Shown here: positions 24,818 to 38,582 of the stretch, one piece after another | Layout: every line of letters starts with the position of its first letter | How positions within the stretch are numbered: position 1 is the stretch's first letter | DNA from: Heterodontus francisci | Taxonomy: Eukaryota | Length of the DNA: 64,000 bases | Assembly (NCBI RefSeq): GCF_036365525.1 | Contig: NC_090402.1 | Location: 20,653,543-20,717,542 of the forward strand | Reading direction: 5' to 3' | The notes under the pieces: generated by a model | The model's database searches: none | What the model saw: the letters and a program-made list of their open reading frames with translations, nothing else | What the model was told of the DNA's origin: nothing | Translations under genes and position numbers: made by a program

Positions 24818-26994
24818 TTTACTTAGAAATGTAAAAACTATAGAATGTAGGAATTTAAAGTGGTGACTGAAATATGCCTGTGTATTAACTCCTAGCCTCA
24901 AATGCTGCTTCACCTCAAGATTACACTTGGTCTGTATCCTCCACATGCAACACTGGGGGAGATCGACCTAGTAATATATTTAAAATCGGAAATGTATTTG
25001 GTGCACTCGATTTGAGGATAAGTATTTAATGTTTTTTTTTGCATTTACACCTCACACTTCTAGGTGTCTCCTTGACACGGTTTCCCATTACAAAATGAGC
25101 AGCTGTGATCAGTCATAGGTCCCTGTCACCCAAAAAAGTTCAGGTGGATCAGTGAAGCTTCCGCAATGCCCAGCACAGCTGCTTCTGCCTCATTCAAGTG
25201 TTGAAAAACAATTATTTTTCCTTGTTTAGAGTTATTCAGTCTGACTTCAAGTAAGCGGGCAGGTAATTGGGTAAAGAAAATTCAAAAACAAAATCTGAAT
25301 TATTATTTTTAACCGCTTCATACTCTCCCTCCAGGAACAACCTACCCCCACCCCCGACACACACACACACCGCAGGCTGTCACTGCTCTCACTGGGCTTT
25401 CCACTAAGTACAAGCAAAATACTGCGGATGCTGGAAATCTGAAATAAAAACAAGAAATGCTGGAACCACTCAGCAGGTCTGGCAGCATCTGTGAAAAGAG
25501 AAGCAGAGTTAACGTTTCGGGTCAGTGGCCCTTCTTCGGAAGTACCCTTGGTGCCCCAGCGCCTGGCCCAATTCATACTCTGACCTTGCTACCAAATGGT
25601 GGCAAGGCACTGTATTACTCTTCACATCCCAGTCGAGGATCAACTCCACCCCCAGTCCGTCCGCCTAGAAATATTCAGAGCCACCCTATTAGCCCTCCTA
25701 TCCACAGCTTCTTGTGGGCTGCCTCTGTGGTTTGCTGTAGCCTGCACTCGAGTGACTTTAGTGGGAGCTTCACTCCAGCTTAGGCCTCTGTGTCTTACAG
25801 ATCCAATACACTACTTTAAAAGTTACTGATCTTCAGAGATTAGGACTGGAGAGCACTCATCACATCCACCGAGGGGGATACCGAGTTCCAGAATCAACTA
25901 CGAACATTTAACAAGACAAAAAACAAGTTGGTATAAATAATTAAAAGAAAACATTTCTTTGCAGCTCACTCGTTGAAAATAATTCCCACTTTATATGTCA
26001 GTTATTTTTGATCTGACCCACTCTTGTCAGAAAACTTCATCCGTGGCAGTACGCACATAATGGCAGTTATATACTCTCACATTTAGGACAAAGATTTACA
26101 GTATGGTCTTCGGATTACAGCTGCACACCAAATTTAAGCAGATAACGTTTCCATGACTCTTAATAGGAGTTACAATTACATTTATTGAACTATAAACACT
26201 GGCTACACTTGATCGGACTGTTTCTACATGTGATTGGTAGCAGTATTCATCCTAATATCTAGTGTCCAATGGACAGCTTGAGTTTATGACCTTTATTGAC
26301 AACGTCATAAAGAATACATTGGATTGAAGACTAAATCTTCAATTGAGACCGCCATGGTTTTACACTACCGTATTGGCAGGATATCCATTTCCATATCCAT
26401 CTCTTCTACACCCCATCTCAACTATTAAAATTATTTATTGGAATCAGTGCTTAAAACTTGACTCCCTAACTGAGCAATTTTGTGATTTATAGAGCCTTTC
26501 AATAAATGAATACTTCCATCCTATTGTTAGTTGAGAAATTACACAGATGAAAACCTGTTCTATGTAGAAATCACAAAAAATAATCACATTGAAAACTTTT
26601 ACTCTTCTATATAAAAAATACTGAGGCTATAATTGTTTCAAGCACCCGTATTTTGTTAACGTACACAGTTACTGGCAACTTCATTATACTTAAAACAGTG
26701 TAAGAAGTTTGGTCTTTTGTATACAAGAACTCCATCAGTACAAAATATCTGAAGGAACAAACTAGGAAAATGTTAAATATTAAACCTGGCCTCCATTTAT
26801 ATCCAGCTATTAGTGTGGAATTCTCTTGTTAGAACAGATACATGTTACAGCAGTATTTCTCAAACTTTTTTGATTTAAGGACACCTTTTCAAATGGATTA
26901 GTAAACATGAACCTCCCACCCCAATCTAAATTATAACACTATATACTTATAATATGAAAATGCTGCATGTAAAGTGTTTTAATAACACTTTTAA

Positions 26995-27450
26995 GACACC
27001 ATCCAGGACAAAGCAGCCCGCTTGATTGGCACCCCATCCTCAAACATTCACTCCCTCCACCACCGACACACAGTGGCAGAGTGTGTACCATCTACAAAAT
27101 GCACTGCAGCAATGCACCAAGGCTCCTTAGACAGCACCTTCCAAACCTGCGACCTCTACCAACTATAAGGACAAGGGCAGCAAATGCATGGGAACACCAC
27201 CATCTGCAAGTTCCCCTCCAAGTCGCACACCATCCTGACTTGGAACTATATCGCTGTTCCTTCACTGTCGCGGGGTCAAAATCCTGGAACTCCCTTCCTA
27301 ACAGCACTGGGGGTGTGCCTACCCCACATGGACTGCAGTGGTTCCAGAAGGCAGCTCACCACCACCTTCTCCAGGGCAATTAGGGACGGGCAATAAATGC
27401 TGGCCTGGTCAGCGACGCCCACATCCCATGAATGAATACAAAAAAAAAAT
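26995..27450 (+). mobile_element. Young 3' fragment of the tRNA-headed LINE family
   Basis: ORF CTIYKMHCSNAPRLLRQHLP; tail GGGCAATAAATGCTGGCC...ATGAATGAATACAAAAAAAAAA. Confidence 0.9.
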
Positions 27451-27495
27451 CTCAGCAGATTACGATGTGGGAATGTAAATGTTACATTGATGAGG

Positions 27496-27835
27496 AGCAG
27501 CACAGTGGTGCAGTGGTTAGCACCGCAGCCTCACAGCTCCAGCAACCCGGGTTCAGTTCTGGGTACTGCCTGTGCGGAGTTTGCAAATTCTCCCTGTGAA
27601 GGCGTGGGTTTCTGCCGGGTGCTCTGGTTTCCTCCCACAGCCAAAGACTTGCAGGTTGATAGGTAAATTAGCCATTGTAAATTGACCCTAGAATAGGTAG
27701 GTGGTAGGAGAATGGTGGGGATGTGGTAGGGAATATGGGATTAATGTAGGATTAGTATAAATGGGTGGTTGTTAGTTGGCACAGACTTGGTGGGCCGAAG
27801 GGCCTGTTTCAGTGCTGTATCTCTCTATGATTCTA
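27496..27835 (+). mobile_element. V-SINE (HE1-like)
   Basis: Same head, V-domain and tail as 24470-24817. Confidence 0.9.
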
Positions 27836-28684
27836 AAACAGTTATTTACTTCCTTGCCACTGTCAACATCCTCCATGCATGCTCCCCTCCTCGGTGAAAC
27901 AGCCAGCCCACACTGCACTACACATGTGGCAGCCACACTCTGCTCCCATTTCCGGACTGGCACAGTCAGATTATTTCGCAGCCCCTCTGGAAAGTCTCAA
28001 TGGAATCCAGTTTAAGAAAGCACTTTTATTTTTTACAGCATGACATTAAAACAATAAATACGAAATACATTCCTCCAGCGTTTTACGGAAAAAAAGACAA
28101 TGGCTGCCTGTGTTTGCAAAGTTTTATTCTCTAGTAACACCAGATTTTTTTATACATCTAACAAATACACTTATCGCCTTAAAATAGTCCAATTCCACTT
28201 TTCCTTTTTAGGTACAGCCAGGCCAGGTTTAGTAGATGATGGACTCCATTCTTATAAGTGAAAAATAAAATTATATTCCACTGAGAGTTGTGTTGTGGAA
28301 CTCAGTTAAAAAAGGAGAGAAATTCATTATTTTTACTACTTTAGGACATAACTCCATTGCTTAAACTATTAGCACTATACATTGCTGTATTTTTGTAAGA
28401 GTGGAGAATAGAACAAGGTTCTCCATTTATAAAGCATCAATTCCAAGATCATTGTTCAAATAGGAAAGCCTTTTATTGCAGAGCGAATTCAAATAAGGGG
28501 ACCTGCTGCATTTACACTGGGCTTAAGGAAATTAGCCTTCCTTTCTGCAACTTCACAAGAGGACAAGTAGATTTTTATTTCTGGCTCTCTTCATCTTATT
28601 CCTTAGTCACAAAAAAGTGTATGAATTGAAATAACAAGCATCCTTGATATTTGGAACTTACTATTACATATTCAAGCTGTACAT

Positions 28685-29035
28685 CCACTTCTGCCACCAC
28701 TGGGGCTGCAGTGTGCACTTATACAATTGCAGGAACTCACTAAGGCTGCTTCGATAGCACTTCTCAAATCTGGAACCTCCACCACCTATAAGAACAAGGG
28801 GAGCAAGTGGATGGGAACAACACCATCCTGACTTGGACATTAATCACCATTCCTTCATCGTTACTGCATCAAAATCCTGTAATTCCCTACCCAAACAGCG
28901 TTTTGGAAACACCTTCACTACATGAACTGCACCGGTTCAAGGAGGCAGCTCCTTCTCAAGATGAACTAGGGGTGGGAAATAAATGCTGGCCTTGCTAGAG
29001 ATGTCAAGATCCCAAGAATTAATTTTTTTTTTTTA
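28685..29035 (+). mobile_element. Old 3' fragment of the tRNA-headed LINE family
   Basis: Degenerate match to 26995-27450. Confidence 0.7.
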
Positions 29036-32000
29036 AAGTGTCAGTGTTACACTCCTCAAACTGTCTGGAGCAAGGATATATCAATTTGTAGTCAACTGGC
29101 ATGCTTTGGACAGGGTCCAGCACAACCCTACCCAGGTCCCACATAAGTTGCCTTGCAATACAAAATAGCAGATGTAAAATAACTGAGACTTTAATTTGCG
29201 TCATGGATTCCACTTACTTACACTTCACATACAGAACAGTCTGCAGCGTGATAAAAGGGGTTAAGATTGTTATCTCAACTTGGATATTTTACTGCCTTGG
29301 AACACAGGCTACTCTTTAATATATACAAACTTTGCATTAATTGCTATTGTTTATTGTTCTCTATTTTCTTTTCTGCTGAGTGCAACAAGTGGCGCTTCAA
29401 TCAACTTCCCCAATGAACAGAAGTGGTAATGTATCACTTGATTTGGTCAACAGTAATATCAGGATTTATTTTGTTATACACTATAATAGACCTTCACAGC
29501 TTGGACATGGACAGAAACATGTAGCTTATCAATGGGTAACACATTTTAGATGAAAACAATAGTCCAAACCATGAGATGGTCCCAAAATAAAACTTGAGAG
29601 ACATGTTCAATCGCATTGCATCACAGAGTTGCGGGACAGATGTTATACCGTAAGATGGACAGAAAGCATGCAGACTAGTTTCAGATTTGTAATAAAAGTA
29701 ATTATTGCCATCTATGCATTTAACATTTGTGTACTCTCTCACCATACACAAAGAAAATCTACATCCTATGATGGGAAAGGAGTCCTAAAATGGAAAAAAA
29801 CAACAACCAAATTATCTTAGTCAGTTTACATTTATTTTACTATATGTAATTATACAAACAGTCAGAGTTTTCTTCTATGAGAAGAAGTTAATACTCACAG
29901 CATTGGCAACTGAAATAAACAAGCCATATGCTGTTCACTTATTAAAATGGAAAGAAATGTTTAAACCACAAAGAGAAAAAATAGATTCACATAATAGCTG
30001 ACAGTACTGTGATTAGCCTCAGTGTAAATTCACAATGACAACACTTTTTAAATAACATTGGACAAAACATGAACACTTGTGATTTAACAGTTAATAAACA
30101 ACTTTGATACCAATTGTTCAGAAAGATAATGATCATTTATATTCAAAAAACCCCTAACCCACATTGGTTAAACTAACATAGAAAATCATGTGGTGACCCA
30201 CTTGCTTTTTAAACCGGAATAGAACAAAATATCAATTTGATATGTCTTTTTGAATATTTTCTGATGCACCCTGGGACTGGAGAACTGCAATATCCGAAAA
30301 AAAATTGCAATCTCTGTTATACCATTTACTAGGGAGCTCAAATGACAAGATGTCTTTTGTGTCAAAATTTCCTAAATACAAATCTTCTTTACACTTTTTG
30401 CAATTAGCATAAAATTATATAACTGGAAATCTCATTGCTAAACATGCTTTGAATTTTTGGGTTTGCAAAAGGAAGAAGTTCATTAGCTGAGGACTTTGTG
30501 CTACCTGATTTAATTGGCTTTTCAAAGAAAAAATATTAACTTAATCCTTGGCTTCTATAACATGTACCAAATTAGTAGCATCATTATTAATTTATAGAGT
30601 TTGAAGAAAACTACTAAGGAAACAAATTAGTTTGTAGCCCAATTATATAAACATTATTAATTAACAACATGATGCTACAGAAAGCAAAAAAAAACTGATA
30701 TCCTTGTTCATTTGATAAAATATGCAAGATTCACAACCTTGTTACTTGATCTTTAAAGTCAAACCAAAAATGTTATTTATTTAAGTTGAGGCTGTGTGTA
30801 TTTACATTTTGTAACAGCTAATCGAAATAAAGAACCAAGAACTTGAACAAAAGGTGCAATTGTGAAACAAAAGCCTAATTTACCATTTTATATTCAGTCT
30901 CTATTGTTCTGTGATATATCTTCACACATAGCACAGCACCCAGGCAACAAACACACAACAGTATGTTCTGAGCTTATTTCTCTATACAGTACCTTGATTA
31001 GGCATCATGGTTTATTCCCTCATAATGACCCAAGCCCAGCACCAGAAATGTGCGTGGTACTGTTCGTGGATATCTGAACTTATGACATTCAAAGCTTAGC
31101 TGTATTGACACATAAATAACAATACTTTTAACACAATGGAAACCTGACAAACTAGTGATGTGCAATAGAGAGGAACTCAATAAATTCACTGGAATTCCAC
31201 TTGGCATCAAAAAACCTACTGTAAATACCATTTCACACAACCTAAATTTGCTGTAGCTAGCACTTGAAACTTTTACATTTGATATTTGGTAGCATTACAA
31301 TTTAACATATAGTTTTATAGAACAGCCTTTACATAGACAAGATATCTGTTGGAAACTCACTGTATGGAGTTATACTGAACATTTATCACAGAAAAGGTCA
31401 CATTTTTGAAGTTATAATAACACAAGAACGTCTCTCAAAGATGAGCATGAACTATTGCAACAACTACTGTAATTTACTGATTAAATGCTTCAATGTTTTT
31501 ATACATTTCTGCCATATAAATTCTTTTGTTAGTATCCAGTCAATTATACTTCTAAAAACAGCAACTGTTTTAACGCTTCAGTTTTATTTCATATAAAAAG
31601 TCTAAAATCAATTTATATTAATCTATGATATAATAAACTATCGATTTCAAAATCTGATAAACTAAAACTCTGTAATCTAATAAAATAATCAGTGCACATT
31701 TACTTATCACCTTTAACACATTTAATTTTACATTATTTCAAATAACGATGAAAATGGTTAATAATGAGAAACAAAAAAGTAGTTACGGATTTAAAATACT
31801 GATTTTAAGGTTTGTTAAAAAAGTTTTAATTGAAATGTAGTCACTCATATTATTCCATGTCACTTATAGTACTTCCAAAACAGTTTCTTCCAATATTATT
31901 TGTCATATTACAACAGGTATTGCTCCATTAATAGATCCCTTGTGATAAACTCAATGGCATTTGACATAGGTGCAAAGTCAGTATGGAACTGTAAAATACT

Positions 32001-33254
32001 GTGATCACTGACAGCAACAAAAATTGTTTCAGGAATATGGAATACATGGGTGTGTTTCGGAGAGGAGGGGAACTAGTTGGATTCCTACTCTCGTGAAAAA
32101 TTTAAAAATATGGTGGTACAGAGCATAAATCAAATGAGGACTAAATCTTAAATAAGACAATTCAACAAATTTAGATTTGTGTAATCAGGTGCAGGATACC
32201 ATAATGAAGGGCAAGCTGCTCATTTCAAAAAAGACAGTTTAGTTACATGTAATATATGCACACAAAATCACTGAAGTTTCAATACTGAAGCAGACTATTT
32301 GGAGCATAGTATACAGGTTCTAGTTCCCTCAGCCGAAATAACTACTCTCATCCCACTTCCCTGCTCTTGACTGTACTTATTGCTGTTTAGGCTGTGAAGA
32401 CAGCATATTGCAGGATGGGAGGGACTGGGGTCATTTGTCAAATATACAACAGTGAACCCCAAGTAAAGACAATCTGCTTCAATTTTACAGTGAACAATAA
32501 AGTGAATGAGTGATTGTGAAAATAGGTTTGAATTGGTCTATTGGAAACATATTTAAATTAGGGGAAGAGATTTACTCTCATGACTTTAAAAATCACTTAG
32601 CTGTACACCGCTGAAGCCAAACCTCAGCATCTTTTAGGGACCCTATATTTTTTTAAATGACACTTTTTAATCACTACTAGAATCATTTACTGTTTACAAA
32701 TGAATTAAAATAGATAAATCAACTATGTTTTACAAATAAGCAATCAATTTTGTAATGCCATTAACCTGGGTTTTTAAAAAAAAAAGTAGTACAGGAGTAT
32801 AAAATGTTTTGGCCGTTTTGTTCTCGGGGTCCTGTTTTTAAGAGTTAAGTCATGCAGGTCTATGGGATTCTTACACTGGACGATAGTGGATAGGGAGTCA
32901 AATAAGCTCAAATAAAGTTGGCAGGCCTGCTGCTCATTGCTTTATTCCAGAATTAACTAGTTACCAGAAAGGACATACAATGAAAGTTGCAAAGATTAAA
33001 CAACACTTCAGTCTCTCTCTAATTGTCAAGGCACAAACAGATCTTTACTCCCTCACTCCAGTTCCCACCAACTAAATTGTGAGAGACATTTTGATAAATC
33101 CTGCTGGTACTGGAAAGTACATCAATGGCAGACTCAGGTCATTCACATCACTAATCCTTTATTTGATCCCTATGTATGTACTACAGAAATCAACATTTAA
33201 AAGTATCAATATCTTGAGGCCAAAAGGCAGCCCTTAATTTAAACACAACGGAGC

Positions 33255-33445
33255 ACATTTTCAACTTGCTGCCCAGCTGTAAACCTGGCATTGCGGATTG
33301 ACCACCCATTGCAGAAACCACCCGATTTTCATATCCATTCAAAATCAACACAAGTGAAAGTTGGTTGCTTTCTACAATGGACGACCAATCTGCTATGCCA
33401 ATTTTATGCCCAGTTTAAAATCTATGACAAGTTTAAAATCTACAC
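33255..33445. repeat. Palindromic (fold-back) DNA-transposon remnant
   Basis: Imperfect ~54-bp inverted arms at 33278-33331 and 33355-33408. Confidence 0.6.
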
Positions 33446-35616
33446 CATGTATCTACTTCACCTTCAAGTTCACCATTCAGCTTAAGTTATTAAATGAGAT
33501 TCAAAAAGAATGATTTTTAAAAAAAGCAAATCAGCTTAGATTCTTTATAATGGCCAGGAACCCATTAATGGCAATGCATGCTCTTTCCCTCTTAAGGCAC
33601 GATCTACTTAACCAAGCCTGGAGAAACTCAGACTGAAGTTAGAGACCTTCAAATGTGTATTATGATATACCTAAATTTTGATCTGTCTAAAATTATGCAG
33701 TTTATCAGCCGAGGAGACAGGTAAGCTTGCTGCTGCTTGTCCAGCTATGTCACTTTTAACTAGCCCCCACCCAATGACACACCTACCCCTCTCAATCCTA
33801 CCAATGATTCAGTCTGGCTGCCCCATCGTCAACAGCATCCTGAAGTACTCCTGACCTTGCAAGCTCAGGTGTCAGATCATCATCTGGTTTCAAATTCCCT
33901 TTGGCAGGTGCCTCATTTTGGAGCTAAACTGAACCCAGAGACTCTGTTTACAGGAGATGAAATGATATTAACTCAATATACAAGTAGCAGCAGCTTATAG
34001 ATACTACTTGCAAATATTACGACTTTTTGGAAGCAGTGTAAAACTGCCCATGAAAGTAATCTTCATGTGCTACAATTTACATTAATCTTGTCACTTCAGA
34101 GTCATGATGGGTTATAGCTAAACTATTGCTACAATTATTGCAAATCAACAATTTAGCTACTTGCAGCCTATTTTTTAATTTGTTGCCTAAAAATCAAAGG
34201 TATTTCATTCCCAGACTCCCTTTAGTCCTATTGCCTAACTACAGTAATGGAAAACTGGAATGGATGTGTAGTATTCAAGTACTTCACCAGCCATTTTCAA
34301 GAAAACAATTAACTTCAGATAATTTCCTACGCATCATTTGCAAACCATTAAATATCTATTGATAAGACCAACAAGCTGTTCCACTGAGTGCTGCACTTTA
34401 GGCTTTGGAGCTACTGGAAAGGAATCTTCTGTCTTATTAGTTTCTCTCCATCTCTTTTCCTCCCAAATGCACTGTCTTATTATTGTGTCACGGTTTCAAG
34501 GGCATAGGTCTGTTATGAATAATGTTTTATTAAAGGAAATCTTTTACTCATCAGGTTGAATAGCTGATTAATTGATAACTCACTCATTTATTACTTGTCC
34601 TCAACATTTACTGTGCCTAAGATACATTAACTTCAAATATATACAGTATGTAAATAATATAATTTTGAAAAAATGAATCAGTCAACTACCTTTGCTATTC
34701 TCAACTTGCTGCACACTTAGTTATTTAATGCTGGGATCAACTGAAACGAGTGTGTAGTACGCACTGCAAAGCTACCAAGAAGAATTATTAAATGTGTCAA
34801 ATAATCCAATGTTACTAAAATATTTTTCCGAACTTTTGTTCTCATCGTCCAACATCCTAAATAGAAGCTCTGGCTGAAAGATTTCAGAAGTTTGAATGAC
34901 TGTTGTAATTTGTATTTCTGTCTTTTGCAAACTGACCTATGGTGTATTTATACAAAGCACATTCGGAACCTATTAACACCAGGGGTCTGATTTAACTGCT
35001 AATCCTCAAGAGCCAAATATTTTTTTTGAGTATCAGACTCAAGAACACAGCAATTTTAAATGGAATTTCCACTAAAGTGCCCATTTCAGCCTTCGAGTAT
35101 AAAATGATTGTAGACGGTTTTCACTTTTGGTTTTCATGCAAGTGATGAAAAGTAAAGCCACTTTAAACTGTTAACCTCAATCCTCCCTGTAACATAGAAT
35201 TACCTTTGTGAGTTGAACATCATTTCTACAGTCTAAACTCAACAAACAATATTGGTGTGCAAATGGGGCTTGCAATACATTCGCAACATACCATTCTAAG
35301 TCTATTCTTGGTTTTGTTTTTCCTTCTTTCCACTCATTTTAATATATTATGTAAGGCTCAACTCTTCATTTCAGTTCACCGCGTCACATAATTGTGCAAT
35401 ATTTAAGTGTAACACTACTGGAAAATGGTTTTGGTTAAATAAGTGTTGTCATGACACCAACACATTTCTAACAGACTCCGAAGCCGTCTCTACTGAGACC
35501 GTTGATTTTCTACTGTGAATGAGAACGCCACTGAATGGGTCAAAAGCACTTAAAACATCTTCACTACATCAAGTACCATATATAATTTCACTCAGCCAGT
35601 TGGCTGTTAAGTTCTG

Positions 35617-37035
35617 TCAGCGGACATCAGGTACCTGATACAGCTTAGTGCAGGATGTCACATGACGATGGAAACTGTCTCGCCACATAAATTTCTTACC
35701 GCAGATGTGGCACTCGTACGGTTTAATGCCAGTGTGGATCTTCATATGGCCAACAAGATGGTGCTTCATTTTAAATTTCTTACCACAAACACCACAGCCG
35801 TAAGGCCGAAGACCAAGATGCATGCTCATATGCCGATCTCGCTGACTCTTGTGAGTAAAATTTTTGCCACATTGGCAAGGGTAAAGTTTGTAAACAACAG
35901 CTGTGAAGCCAGAGTGAGAGGTCTTTTCACTGACACCCAGTCCTAGCTCAGCTTCAACGCCATACCCTGGCAACCGATTCACCTGCATTTCAGCTGCTGT
36001 TAAAGGGTCCTGATGGTGTCCACTGACATTTATCTCCCCCCGGTCAGCTGAAAATTCATCCAGTGATGAACCATAGTAATCGACCTGTTCATCATAAGAA
36101 CTATGCTCGGGACCTTCTTTAAAGACCTCCTGTGTTTTGGCAGCAATATTAAAGCTGTCATCAATGCTGGAAGATTGTATTACTGGTTCTGCCTGAGTAA
36201 TATTTTCTGATTCAGAGACACGTTGCTCTTCGGTAGTAGAGCGTGTTGTTGCATTATCATAATCCTGTTCAAATTTTTCCTGTTTCACATACACCCACTG
36301 TTTGTGAGGCATTATACTGGGTTGACTATAGATTGGCCTGGTATACGAGTACTCCACACTATCACTTGCTCCTTCCTCACCATCCTGGCTGTTCAATTCT
36401 GCACTTAAATGATCATGCTCCCCGGAAGAATTGCTAGGAAGGTTGTCATTGTCCATTAATTGGGGCGGTGACATGTCATCCTCTTTGGGAGTCTCTTCGC
36501 CATTTTCATCAGCCTTTGAAACGTCATTCACACTTTTATAAAACTCAGGTTGCCCCACAGCTCCAAGTTCTGAAGGTTCTACTGAACCAATAAAATTGCT
36601 GCTGCTGGGTGACTGATGATCATTCAAATGATTAGACTTCTGATAATGAACTGCTGGGCACACCTTTAAAAGTTCTGTACACTTATCTACAACATGCCAC
36701 ATTTGAAGAAAGCTTGCCACTGTTAAGTAACTGACAATGTCAGTGGCTGGCAGTACAAGTTTTCCTGTGTAGCAAAACAACAAAACATTTTCAAATGCCT
36801 TTGGATTCATTACATCTGGTAGAAGGATTCGATTACTATTCTTCAGTAGTACCTGATCACAAAAATAAGGTGAAGTGGCAGCTAGGACAGCCCTATGGGC
36901 CCTGAATAATTGGCCCTGAACTTGAATAGCAATGTCACATAGCTGTCCCTCTTGACGCTGTTGGTTTAACTTCTGTAGTAGAGTATTTGTAAAATTCGGG
37001 AACTCCACACGAAAAAAATTAGTTGTTAGCTCCAT
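35617..37035 (-). CDS. ZBTB43: Zinc finger and BTB domain-containing protein 43 (472 aa from MELTTNF; in-frame ATGs also at 37038 and 37050)
   Basis: BTB domain (FRVEFPNF..LLQKLNQQRQEGQLCD...SPYFCDQVLLKNS...FLQMWHVVDKCTE) and C-terminal fingers YPCQCGKNFTHKSQRDRHMSMH, CGVCGKKFKMKHHLVGHMKIH, FMWRDSFHRHVTSC; linker (SQDGEEGASDS, YDEQVDYYGSS) matches ZBTB43 as recalled. Acceptor TTTTGAACAG| gives exon start 37053. Confidence 0.95.
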   Translation of the reverse strand: MELTTNFFRVEFPNFTNTLLQKLNQQRQEGQLCDIAIQVQGQLFRAHRAVLAATSPYFCDQVLLKNSNRILLPDVMNPKAFENVLLFCYTGKLVLPATDIVSYLTVASFLQMWHVVDKCTELLKVCPAVHYQKSNHLNDHQSPSSSNFIGSVEPSELGAVGQPEFYKSVNDVSKADENGEETPKEDDMSPPQLMDNDNLPSNSSGEHDHLSAELNSQDGEEGASDSVEYSYTRPIYSQPSIMPHKQWVYVKQEKFEQDYDNATTRSTTEEQRVSESENITQAEPVIQSSSIDDSFNIAAKTQEVFKEGPEHSSYDEQVDYYGSSLDEFSADRGEINVSGHHQDPLTAAEMQVNRLPGYGVEAELGLGVSEKTSHSGFTAVVYKLYPCQCGKNFTHKSQRDRHMSMHLGLRPYGCGVCGKKFKMKHHLVGHMKIHTGIKPYECHICGKKFMWRDSFHRHVTSCTKLYQVPDVR

Positions 37036-37337
37036 CATGGATGAAAGCATGTACTGTTCAAAACATAAGACAACAATTATGTTAAACATGATTTTGGAAA
37101 ATGCTAATGTAATGCATCATTGATAATCAAAACGTCATTGTGAAAAATGTATTCCTGTCTAAGCCTCAGAAACTAGTTGTTGAAATATACTATTTGCTGT
37201 CAAGCAAAACGGACATTTTGAAGTTCAGAAATAAAGCCTTACATTGTTACAAGCAAAATCAAATCTTTCTCCTAAGCTTTGAAGTCCATATTTGTCCAAC
37301 TTCCTCCCATTGCAACCATTTTAGTGATAGGAATGAT

Positions 37338-38172
37338 GGGCTGAATTTTATGAGCGCGCCACAAATTGCGGTGGCGCGCTCTGATCTTGGCGGTCTGCCT
37401 GCGCAGATCCGACGTTGCTGAGCCCCTACGATATTTTGCACGGGGGTTCATTTAAATGGAGGGGGCAGAGCCGCTGACCTTGATGAGGGGGCGGCCGCTC
37501 CGGCCTTGGCATCCGGCGCCACCGCACGGGCGCCATTTTAAAGGGCTTCAAGCCCTTCAGGTACATTTAAATTTTTTTAAAGGTGCCGCAGCACTGAAAT
37601 GAGTAATAAAATTTTAGTGACACTTTCAATCCCCTCTCCCACCACCACCCCCACTGAGTTAATAAATAAATTAACCTATCCCCTCGGAAAACCAATTTTA
37701 AAAAATGACGAACTTTCACCCCCCCCCCCAACGTCAGCACCATCGCCCCTCAATCCCTTCCCACTATCCACAGACCCAAAAGGAGCGGTTTTCCCCGCTC
37801 CCCCCCACCACCCTGAAATTTTCACTCCTCCCCCCTCCCCACCAGTGTCACGCCTTGGAACTCCAAATGGAGTTCCGAAAGTGAGAGAGTTCCGGCCAGT
37901 GGCCAGAATATCGGTGTGAGACGGTTGTCGCTACCAGGCAGGTAATTATTCTTGAATTGTAATATCATTTGCATGTTAAAATGAAGGCCCTGCTGCTGAG
38001 TGGTGGGGGGGCTGCACCGAGGCCTCGCCGCCGCCACCGGTAAAATGTGGTGGGGCCTTCCTGGCATCGGGCGTTATGGTGGGCCTCTCCTGGAAGAATT
38101 TTCCTGGACCCACCCACCCCCCCCTCTCACCGCCATGAACCCCGACGTTGGAGTGCTTGTAAAATTCAGCCC
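37338..38172. mobile_element. Harbinger-family MITE
   Basis: Perfect 13-bp TIRs GGGCTGAATTTTA / TAAAATTCAGCCC; TSD GAT (37335-37337, 38173-38175). Confidence 0.88.
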
Positions 38173-38249
38173 GATATGTGAAAGAAAGGACTCAATGAGA
38201 GGGGAAAAAGCAGAAATAAATTATATAACACAGTGATTATACTAAAAAG

Positions 38250-38582
38250 GGCAGCGCAGTGGTTAGCACCGCAGCCTCACAGCTCCAGCGACCTGGGTTG
38301 AATTCTGGGTACTGCCTGTGCCGAGTTTGCAAGTTCTCCCTGTGACTGCATGGGTTTTCGCCGGGTGCTCCGGTTTCCTCCCACAGCCAAAGACTTACAG
38401 GTTGATAGGTAAATTGGCCATTATAAATTGCCCCTAGTATAGGTAGGTGGTAGAAGAATTGTGGGGATGTGGTAGGAATATGGGATTAATGTAGGATTAG
38501 TATAAATGGGTGGTTGATGGTCGGCACAGACTTGGTGGGCCAAAGGGCCTGTTTCAGTGCTGTATCTCTAAATAAAAAAAAA
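38250..38582 (+). mobile_element. V-SINE (HE1-like)
   Basis: Head, V-domain and tail as in the other copies. Confidence 0.9.

Noticed and set aside
28000-35600. Defining the ZBTB43 3'UTR end from minus-strand AATAAA sites
   Set aside because: The region is AT-rich with many candidate hexamers; none can be chosen without transcript data.
35810-35890. Atypical C-x-C first zinc finger (YPCQCGK) in ZBTB43
   Set aside because: This is a conserved feature of ZBTB43 and its close paralogs, not a novelty or an error.
37054-37089. N-terminal extension MFNIIVVLCFEQ of the 490-aa ORF
   Set aside because: It lies upstream of the splice acceptor TTTTGAACAG|, so it is intronic; homology starts at MELTTNF.
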